Shown: piece by piece, positions 13,101 through 23,700 of the stretch
Layout of the letters: every line of letters begins with the position of its first letter
Position numbering within the stretch: the first letter of the stretch is position 1
NCBI GenBank assembly: GCA_000934665.2
Contig: JYFJ02000549.1
Location: forward strand, 1 to 64,000
Direction: 5' to 3'
Source of the DNA: Catajapyx aquilonaris
Taxonomy: Eukaryota
DNA: 64,000 bases
Program-made: the position numbers and the translations under genes
Notes under the pieces: model-generated
What the model was told of the DNA's origin: nothing
Databases searched by the model: none
What the model saw: only the letters and a program-made list of their open reading frames with translations

Positions 13101-16100
13101 TACTTTCAAAGTTTTGGTTCTTGCGCATCAAAATTAGGGGTATTAATAGGAATGCACATCAGTAAAGAGCTGCTTTAACAGATTTGGTTATGGTATATCA
13201 CCAGAAGATGCAGTATGACAATCTGACCTTGGCCAAGTTGTCAAAGGTATTGGAGATTACTGGCTTTCTTAGTGGCCGAATCTGCTGATACCTCATTTCC
13301 AGCGTGTAGTCAAAGTTGAACACACAGCATAGGTTTTTTTGGCCATGTCCAATCTGAAGAAGAGAGCTAATGAAAATTGGGCATAGTGTACAATTCTTGA
13401 TTGATCTTATTTCCGATTTACAAAATAGGTTTGAGTTAGGTGTTAACCACTCAAGTTTAAATGTACACCTGTGAACACAAATAGTTGTGGTTATGAGGAA
13501 TCATTTGCCATACTTGTGATTACATGACAAAGTGTACACCTTATTTTGCAAGTGGTTAACTCCTAAGATGTGATGGATTATCCTGTGCTTAACAATAACA
13601 CATTTGAATTTGTAGAAAGTGTCTATGTATGAAGTCTCTTGAAGAAACTACATGCCCCAACACCACAGCACTTCATTATATCTGTCAAAAATATTTGCAT
13701 GGATCTTTTCAAACATGTGGTATGCTCTTTCTACCGAGACCAACAGTGCTATTTGTGAACCATCTTCCACTTGCTCTGACTTATGTGTTTTTTAGACTAA
13801 CACTTGTGTTCATTGACAATTGATTTGCTAATGGTCACCTGTTAAGTGATAAGCTGAAACCTGTAACACCTTTTTCACTGCATATGATGTTACTAGGAGA
13901 CTTATTAATATTCTTGATGTCACAGAAGCCATGCAAAGATCTGAAATATATATCTCCACAACTTCAGGTAAAATTAATTGGGAACAAATAATAATTGTCT
14001 ACTTATCTTGCATTGCTTTAAATTGTATTTTATTACTCATGCGGGCTATTTATCCAAATTTTAAAATATCTCAATATACCAGATTTCAACTTTATATTTT
14101 GTGAATTTGTGATGACTGGATATATTTATTGCCAGGCTATTGGGATGCATATTCCACATGTAATTATGTATTGTTAGGTTTAGTTGGATTTGGTTCCTTT
14201 GGGTAATATTTTATTACTTGCACAGAAATGTCCAGCCAGTTAAGCTATATACATTTTCTTGACAAAAGGATAAATTATTTACTTGTTTGTGGGTAACAAT
14301 TTCCTCAAGAAATTGTACTATGAATTAAATGGAATTTAATCTTGTGCTTCAAAAAATGACTGCTACTGTGCAGTGTTATAGGTGAGCAGGGGTCACCAGT
14401 TGGGAAAAGTAGTCAAGTTATTGGTAGTTTGAAAAGAAATTCATCAAGCTCATTGAGGTCCAGAACTAGAAATGCAATAAATATGAATGTGTCTGTGTGC
14501 CAAAAATGTTGATATGTTGTCACGCAGACAGGATTGGCATATGTGGAAATCAAGAAAACAATGCACTTGATTGCAGCTGATTTTAGTTGCAATATGTGAG
14601 TTTTGTTTCCTTTGATATTGCAGTAGCGTACATTCAGACACAACTACTTAAGGTGTGTTTGGAATAGGCTACATGAAAATTTTGGAGATGATACAGAGTG
14701 TTCCAATTGAAGTGTCCATTTCAGTTAGTGATTTGTTACATTAAGCTGCTTATTATTAAGCAGTTACTGTGGAAGTTTTTTTTTCTTTTTCTTACAAGTT
14801 TCATAAATGAGCTAGGATAGAATGAATGGATGCATTTTATTGAAGCACTGTGGATGACTAGCAAAATATGGGCTCAATCATTGGTCTGGGGGTCCAGGTG
14901 TCTAAATGGGTATTTCCAAAGAAAGTCAGTGCATTTCAGAACCTGAATGAATTCTCCTACCAATCCTAATATTAAGTTATATACTGGTACTCGTGTTTCA
15001 ATAGCCCTTGAAAATTTCTTGGAAAATAACTACTTATAAGTAGTACTAAAAGCTGCTACCTGAAAGCTGAAACTCACTTCAGTTGGAACACACTATTTTA
15101 CAGTAATTCAGTATAATATTGTTCAATTAATAAGCTTTGGGTTGTTATAGATACGAAATCATCCATCATCTGCTTGCAAGCTGTAATAAATCAGTTGAAA
15201 AATGGTCTGAATGACAAAAAGTCCTTCTTCCATTTTATCTTACAAGCAAAATATCGTATCACGCATCTCCTTTAACCCATTTTTCATCAAAAGAAGTGGA
15301 CACAAAAAGCACAGTGTCAGAGTCAAAGAATTAAGAGCACAAAAAGTACATGAGGCATTCGAAAGTTTAGATTTGTATATATAGGGTGAAGGGAAACTCT
15401 CGCCCAATTGCCAGGTAGACTGATAGTACTCATAAAACTAATATAGGGATGTGCAATTAGTTTTAGGTTCCATTGCTTAGTTAATGCGTACAGCGCCGTC
15501 AAAGTTTCGTGACGTCACATCCATTCCGCCAGCTATAAAGAAGCAGAAGTCAGCTCCAGGGCCTCCGGTCCCTTGCCTTGGTCCCCTAACACATCGTCCA
15601 TATGCAAAAAGCGATCCAGTCCCATCAGAGTAAGAATCCGGGTACGACACCTGTGCACTTTGTCGTTTTTGCCTCATATTCCACCATCCGCCCCTCTACA
15701 CTTTAAGGTCGCTGTACGCATTAACTACGCAAGGGAGCCCAAAACTAATTGCACATCCCTATATTAGTGTTGCGAGTACTATACGTCTAACTAGCAATTG
15801 TCAGCGAGTTTCCCTTCACCCTGTATATACATGGATCGTCTGATAATTATTGGCAACACTGCTGTAATTTTCGTTACATTACCTAGGTGTAGTCCCCAGC
15901 TGTTTTTATCAAATTTTTCCATAGTCATGGAAAGCTTTGAATGTCCTCAGCAGCATTTTTTGTGGAGGTGCCACGTAGAGATCGCCCTAAGATATGCTTC
16001 CCTCTTACAGAAACGAAAGCAATCTATTAAAGAACTTCTTTCCGTTGGTGGGGCATAAATGGAAATTGGCCCATAAGCCACATATATACATCGCATCATG

Positions 16101-17712
16101 TGGTCCAACATACCCCACACACCATTGATTCCATCTTCCCCCACATTGCAGAGACTTTTAAAATCTTATTCATATAATATGCATTAATTTTGGCTTCAAT
16201 GTCCTAAACAAGAGTAGACCATTCCTGAACATGAATCTTGCTCTGGTGCAACCTCCCTTAGTATATAATGAATCGAGAGTTAAACCAGGAGAAAGTTGGC
16301 AGCCACACACCAACCATACAGTCAACCTCTGACTTAACTATGGCAGCACAATGGTGTAGTGGTTAGCATCATAGCCTTCCACCTGAGTTCGATCCCCAAG
16401 TCGGACGGAGGATACTTATGTGGATAGAGTTTCTAATGGTTTTCTCTCTCTGTTTGCGTGGGGTTTTTCAGAGCTCTCCCATTTCTTCCCACAATCAAAA
16501 TCCATCACAGCACAGGCAATGATTAAAGACAGTTAATCAAAAGATGATCCCCTAAAAGGCCCAAGTAGGTCTATTATGGGGTATTCATGATTATTTTTAT
16601 GTTACTATTATTTCTAACTTAACTAAATTAATGTGAATGAATGATGAATGATATATTTATCTGCTGTAGTAAGATTTGTGATATGTGGTCATGCAACTGC
16701 AAGTTGGAGTGTATGCCCATAAAAGAAAAGAAAATGTGAAATGTCTGAAAGAAGGGATTAATATGTTTGTAATTACTGGTTTTTGCAAGCCAAGTGTTTT
16801 TAACCCCTTGAGCCCCAGCTATACCGCCATCACCTAGATTTTCATTTCTGTTCTATTTACATGTACTCTGAAGATAAAAAATTCTATATTTTACCAATAA
16901 TAACAGCTATACTGACAAGTTCATGCTCTACGCTATGTATGTGTTTGGAACCAGTTTCATCATCTAGAAGACCCTAAATTAATTTCCAAAAGGATCGCCG
17001 CAGAGCTATACTGCGAGCGCCTAGTTTTTGGCTTGCACATACTCTGAAGATAATTATAACATATTTTACAAATAATTAACAGCTATACTTCCTCATTCAG
17101 GGAAAACATGACGTATATCTTGGAAACTATTTTCCTTGCCTAGAAGTCCCGAAATTAATTTCCAAACAGATCGCTGTAAGTTCCATTGCCTTGATTTTCG
17201 CTTGCACTTACTCTGAAGATAAGGACAAGATATTTCACAAATAATAACAGATACACTTACACGTTCATGCTCTACATTATGCATGCGTTGGAAACAATTT
17301 TCACTCGTCTAGAAGTCAGTAAATTAATTTTCTAAAGTAATAACTCAAAATTCAATTATTACTGGCCAACCGTTAGGCCACCTCCTAGATTTTACCCTAC
17401 ATGTACTCTGAAGATAAGGACAATATACAGGGTGGACAAACTTCAAGTGTCGTTTTATAACGGCGATTAATAGCAGTGATTTTGCGATGACGTAGCAGCG
17501 ACATGTAAAATGTCCCATTTCGGCGCCATCGAAAATATTAGCTGCCAATAGGGCAGCCAATTGGCAGCTAATATTTTCGATGGCGCCGAAGTGGGCCATT
17601 TTACACGTCGCTGCTACGTCAATCGTAAAGTGCTTCCATTAATAGCCGTTATAAACGACACTTGAAGTTGGTCCACCCTGTATTTTACAAAATAATAACA
17701 GCTATATTATTA

Positions 17713-17789
<77 letters not shown>

Positions 17790-20700
17790 CCTTGGGTAGT
17801 GCCTGACCCTCTCGGGGTATGCGGCACGGACCTTTGTTGTATCTTTATTGTACAGTGGGACCTGATTTTTGAAGCACCCGGGCCCACAGGCAGGATGGCA
17901 GGAGGGGATGTGCAAGGTGCAGGGCAATGTCATTATGTGGCCATTTTTAGTGAACTCCCCCGAGTAAGGAAATACCACCCGAGACGAAGCCAGAGGTGAC
18001 CCTGAACTCTGCACGAGATGAAGGGGGTGACCCCGGGCTGGGATCTTACCCGGGACCTTTACATCCGTGGGTGCATACGTTACCGCAGCACCACTTCATC
18101 TCCCATAAATAATAACAGCTACACATACATGTTCCTTGAAAATGCTATGAATGTATTTGGAACAATTTTCCTCCTCTAGAAGTTCCTGAATTAATTTCCA
18201 AAAAGATCGCTGTAAAAAAAAACTCTCTATTCGAAAACTGCCGGCCAACTGTTAGGCTGATTTAATTATGAAATACATTAAAATACACGGAATAAAATCT
18301 TGAGAATGGTGCCAGACGAATTTTCTGAAATAGTTGTACTTTGCGAGAAATAAATTATTTCTGATCTGCGGCTTTCCTGTTACTTCGGAAATCTCCCTAA
18401 TTCATTTATTTCTCGCGAAGTACAACGATTTCAGCAGCTTTGTCTGGCAAGGTTCTCAAGGTTAATATTCCGTATATTTTAACGTATTTCATAATTAAAT
18501 CAGCCAAGTAGTTGTCAGGAAGTACTCAAATTTTGAGTTTTACAGCGATATTTTCGGAAATTAATTTAGAGACTTCTAGAGGAGGAAAATTGTTCCAGAC
18601 ACATTCATAGTGTTTTCCCTGATCGGATAAGTATAGCTGTTATTTTGTGTAAAATATCTTGTCCGTATCTTCAGAGTACTCGTAAGCGGAAAACTAGGTG
18701 CTGGGGCTCAATGGGTTAAATGACAGCTGACAGGGACAAGTACCAAATAACGGAATCGAATCAGTTTCAAGGGTTGACAAGAGAAGTGGTTTGTTTTGCA
18801 CATGATGCACCATATTCTTAGTTTGAAAGAGTTGCCACATTAGAGACTGACACTTTGTGCTCAGTTAGTTAAGCTTTTTGTGGCACAACAGCAGGGGTGG
18901 CTGTACTATGCCCAATGCAAGTATTGTGTTTGACTCATGTTAATACTTCAATCATTCCTGACCATAAAGTGTTTCAGGCATTCTGGAAAGACATGCAAAT
19001 GCGTTCAGCCCTTCAAAGAGACTGATAATCAGATCTTTACATGCATTCTGTGTTTGAACCTTATCATATTTTGCAAGTTCAGTGTCTGAGAAAAATGCTG
19101 TGATGGTGCATTCAAGTTTTATGCACAGTAAATTGTGGACGGTGATATTTAGCTAAACATTTTGTTGTGTTCCATGTCTTGTGTCTTATGTTTGCTGCAC
19201 TCATCTCAAGAGTGACTTAACTTGGCATTGTTTCTGTGTCCTTATTGCATGCTGCCTGTCCTGTTTCATCTCGTCTGTAGTCGAACCCAGGTACCCCAGC
19301 TTGGATGCTGTGGGAGATGAAGGTATGTCGGCTAATGCCATTTTTACTCTGAGTGTTCAGAGCATGACTTTTAAGTGTCTTTTGCATGCTCTGACACATC
19401 ACATTAAGAAACGGTCACAATAACTTTAGCAGCAAGTAAGTCTTATGAACATGTGTACAGTAGATGACCTTAATATTAAGATCCCATGATTGTTTGTGTA
19501 TTCTAGAAACTTTGTGACCATGCAGGAACAGTTTTCACCTATAGAGTCAGTCTTGAATTTGTTGCACTTGTGGCAAAACCTGCCACTGAAGTCTTAAATT
19601 AATTTTGCAAACTGATTGTATTAAGAGGGGGGTCTGCCTGGTACCCTTAGTAAAGGCCCTGTACCTACAGATGCTCTACGTCGCCACCGGCACAGCGTTC
19701 CTGGCCAGCTTACATATTTCAAGCTTCTGGCAGCCCGACCACAAAACTCACCTAATTCACTGTTCAGCACGGCAGTGATTAGTGGATCTTCCAGCACACC
19801 AGATCTCAAGAACCTGTCTTCTCATGGACCTGTACAAAGTATGCTTTCTTTCAAATAACTAGTGTCTTACACTAATTGTACATTTTACAGCCATTGAGAG
19901 TTGTGGAGGTGTTCCTGCCATTCGTCCACTGGAAACCCTGCACAATGCTCTCTCCCTTCGCCAAATGGACTGCTTCCTGGAGCGAATGGTCACTGTGCAA
20001 TTCCGCCAGTCAGTGTCAGGTACTGGGTTGGTGTCTGGGGCTAACACTCCACCAAAGCAGCAGCCTAACTCATGGCTGGCCCGCACCCATCCTCCGCCAC
20101 TAGGCCTCCAGTCACCAGGAAGCAGTGAGTAACAAGTACCTTGGGAGACTTGTGTATATATGTCAACTGGCTTTTGAATTGTGGCCTACTCTAATATCAT
20201 GGACTTGTCCCCTGATTTGTAAAAGTAATAGGTTTGCATCTGTCAGCATCTCGGCATTCAGCAAGATGTGACTATAATGACAGAATTTAGTGGAACCCTT
20301 TATATCATCACATTCTATTTTCAACAAGATAGCACTGGGGCACAGTGAACAGTAAAGTGTTTTGAAAAACATCCCTAGGGCATTATGTGCCCATAAACCT
20401 GGAGAATTTTAGTACAGGGTGAGGTATTCCATGATATTATTAGAGTAGGTTATGTGAGGGTCACATGAAAGTGTGGTCTTGTTCATGAGTACAAAGTCAG
20501 TTGACTTAGAAGAACAAGCGCTCTGTGGTCCTGTTATGCATTTTCATGCCCTCAATTAACCCTGGAACTGTGACGTGCCTGAAAGTTACGTTGACGTGGG
20601 GTCTTTTAGGACCCCATCCATATTTTAATTTTTATTAATAATACGTTTCAATGTATTGACTATATGCAATCATTCTTTGAACAATGCCTAAAATGATCAC

Positions 20701-23700
20701 TAACTCAAAATAAACATGCACTTCCTGTTATATACTTTTTTAAATGGCAACAGTTCATTGTAATTATCATTTTAATGCAATTTAATTCCTTTGGGGTCCT
20801 AAAAGACCCCACGTCACGGTTCCAGAGTTAATCAGTCTGGAATGAGCTCTAAAGTGGCTTTTTTTGTTACAGGCATTGGTTGGTCTGGACCCCCCTCATT
20901 TGTGTCAAGTAGTGGACCCTCATCCCCAGGAGTTCCCTCTGCAGCTGATGCCCCTCGCTTCAGGCAAACTTCAGAAAGTAGTGATGTGGCATCATGTCCA
21001 TCCCTTTCTACAAGTTTCACAGGCGCTGATTCTGTTATCTTGCCACCTCTTCCTGCTGGCAGTACTCCTACATGGAACAGTCTTGTCAGTCCATACTTCG
21101 CTATGGAGCAAGTCATCCCAAACTCATCAGATTGCAGCTTCAATTCATCTGAGGAGGGCCTTGTGTTTAAAGAGACATCTGAAGCAGCAGACCGTGGTAA
21201 TAGCGTGCACCTGCAGAGCTCAGTCACTGTCATCTTTCCAGAAATGGGTTGTGCACTTCGAGAATCAACAAGTTCCATAGACATGTTGTCTGCTAACCGA
21301 CTGATTATATCACCTGATGAACCAACTCCAAGCACTGGAGTGTTGCCACTTGGCACTGCAACTAATACTGATCCAGCCACCATGGAATTAGGTCTTGATA
21401 TGAATGAGAGTGCAATGACATACAATGATGCGACATCAATGGAAATGGACACTCCTACACCAGAATCTACATCAAGCTTTAACACAGGCCCTCCGACCAT
21501 AAGCACAGATGTAGTAGAATCACCAGCACAAGAGGCAAACACTTCCATAAGCAAACCTGAGACTTCAGAAGTCGAAACTGCTCCACCAGGAAATGAACAT
21601 TTTGGGACTAGCAATCATCCAGATGGCAAAAGTAACAATGGAAATCTGGATGGTAAGGATGGGAACTTGAACTGATTGTAAATAGGCTAATGTATGTCAA
21701 TATTTTCATGCCATACAATTTGGCAGGAAATTTTTGGCTGGCCTTATTTTATATATTTTTTAAAGGCAGTAACTAATTGATCTTAAGAAGTGATGTTATG
21801 AGTTGTATGTTGTTGTTATAATCACAAGGGCAAATTCAAATTTAAATGTATAATTTCTGTATTGTATCTCAGCTAGTTTTGGAGGAATTATTAAGTGAAC
21901 AAGCCTATAGACAGATCTAGAATTAGTGACATATTATGAGATGTGAATCAAGAGGGAAGGGTTTCATCTGTGAAATAATGAAATATTTTAAAATTGGCTA
22001 TACTTATCAGCAAATTATCCATGAAAGTGTCAAAGTGGTTTTACTATGGTTTTTTAAATATAAGGGTCTTCATTGAAAAATGCAAGTAATAAGATCAACA
22101 TTGCAACAAAGTCAAAATCTGTAAATATTTTATACAAGTGAACAGAATAACTTTTCAACAGTACCCCAGTAATGATGCCCAAATACAATGTAATACATTG
22201 TGGCCCCTTTCTCAGGCCATCTATTTGCATCATCTTGGGGTTTTACTGTCCAGCATTTCTCTTTAATAGTATTGGATACATGTCGCTTTACTCTCACAGC
22301 ACTTTGTACTTACTGTTACATGGAGAGAGATGAAGCAAGTGGGAAGTATTAGGGTGTACAGTACCATGTCATGTATAAATGAACATGTTGAAGTGCTTTT
22401 AATCCATTCCTTTAACTGCAGGCAGTGTCAATGAAGGATAGCATGGTCTGTGACCAAAATAATGTTGCAGTTTATGATAATAAATATTTTTGACTGACTG
22501 CTACAATTTTCATTTTAATCTTGACACGCACCTACACCTCTAAAAATTGTAATGGTACAAATGAGGGGTGTGGTGGAAAAACATGATAACTGGCAAAGGT
22601 GTAATTTTCCAGGAGAGCAAATTGAAGTTTGCATTTTCTTAACAAATCATACAGAATTCTGGTTTTGATCTAGTCCGTGTGGCTGTCTCATGCATGATAC
22701 GTGAACTTGGAGTATACCAAACTGTTTGTCATGTCTTATACCAAGAGCTGCTTATACATAGTTGCTAGGTGTTTAGGTGAAAAATGACAAAAATGTCAAT
22801 TATCATGTTTTTCCACCACACCCCTCAAATATATTGATGAAGACTGGAAGAACATACTATTGATAGATTGGCAAAATGCAACTTTGACAAAAATGAAAAA
22901 ATTCTGAATTAATTAATATTACTGGGAAAACAATAAGCTACTGTACAGTATATACTGAAAAGGCCAAGTACTCCTTCCTCAGCTTGCATAGGGCCCTGGA
23001 ACCCTGAACTCGGTGTGTAGGTGAAGCAGTCATAGGGCCACTCGGTAGAGTGTGACAGATATGGGGCAGCAGAATTTTGGGGCCTAAAAAATAATGGTTC
23101 TTGACATCATTTTCCTGCTGCCTTTTCACTCTTTTTGGTCCCTAAGTTAACAGCAAAAACTTATAAAATCGTCAATGTATTTCCTTTGCTTTGCTCAGGT
23201 AATTTTCTGTAACTCAATAGAATCCTCATATTTTCTCCAAAACTGTTCTCTGCTGAACTGTAAGTGTGCATACTAACGTACGGAAAATGACAGAACAATC
23301 TGACGTCATCAAGGTTTCCATGGAAATACCCTCACAGAACAATATGAGTAAACTGTATCAACCAAAAGCAACAATGGAAGAAATGATGACGTCAGATCGT
23401 TCTCTCGTTTTCCGTACATTATGCAGGCTATGTAGGGTGTTTATAAAAGAATCGTGGGGTTTCGTAAGTGAATAAAACAGCTGTTTACAAGATTACAACC
23501 TTACATGGGTGTAACCTGCACCATTAGGAAGAGCAACGGTCCAAGTTTGAGATGAGTTACCAACAGTTCATTTATGGTCACTGCTGGGTCACTGTTCCAA
23601 AATGGCTACTTTGCAGGAGGAGGCGTTCTGTGTTTTTGAGGAAAGTCAGTGACTAAAAGAAGCAGGGAACTGAACATTCTGACAAAACAACAGTCTGGAA

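Larger units (their letters stand above)
16804..18715. mobile_element. piggyBac-like non-autonomous element with ~180-190-bp internal tandem and inverted subunits, hosting nested insertions
   Basis: TTAA|cccttgagccccagc-like start ... gctggggctcaatggg|TTAA. The unit ctagattt...tactctgaagataa...aataataacagctata repeats four times and is mirrored at ~18540-18700. Hairpin at ~18255-18505. Confidence 0.85.

Noticed and set aside
12639..16047. Other possible PPIP5K exons (12639-12731, 13182-13246, 16011-16047)
   Set aside because: Splice sites are plausible, but the phases work only in arbitrary combinations and I recognise no conserved motif.
17685..18014. ORFs with poly-Ile or poly-Tyr runs (also 28071-28361, 52456-52671, 52554-53051)
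   Set aside because: These are translations of (ATT)n microsatellites.
16830..18230. Regularly spaced repeats resembling a CRISPR array
   Set aside because: The units are ~185-bp degenerate tandem subunits with no unique spacers, inside a TTAA-flanked element in a eukaryotic intron; no cas genes.
20832..21614. 260-aa minus-strand ORF
   Set aside because: Antisense shadow of the low-complexity PPIP5K exon; the plus strand has the in-phase splice sites.
23314..23327. X-box-like GTTTCCATGGAAAT
   Set aside because: It lies inside a MITE in a PPIP5K intron with no nearby start site.
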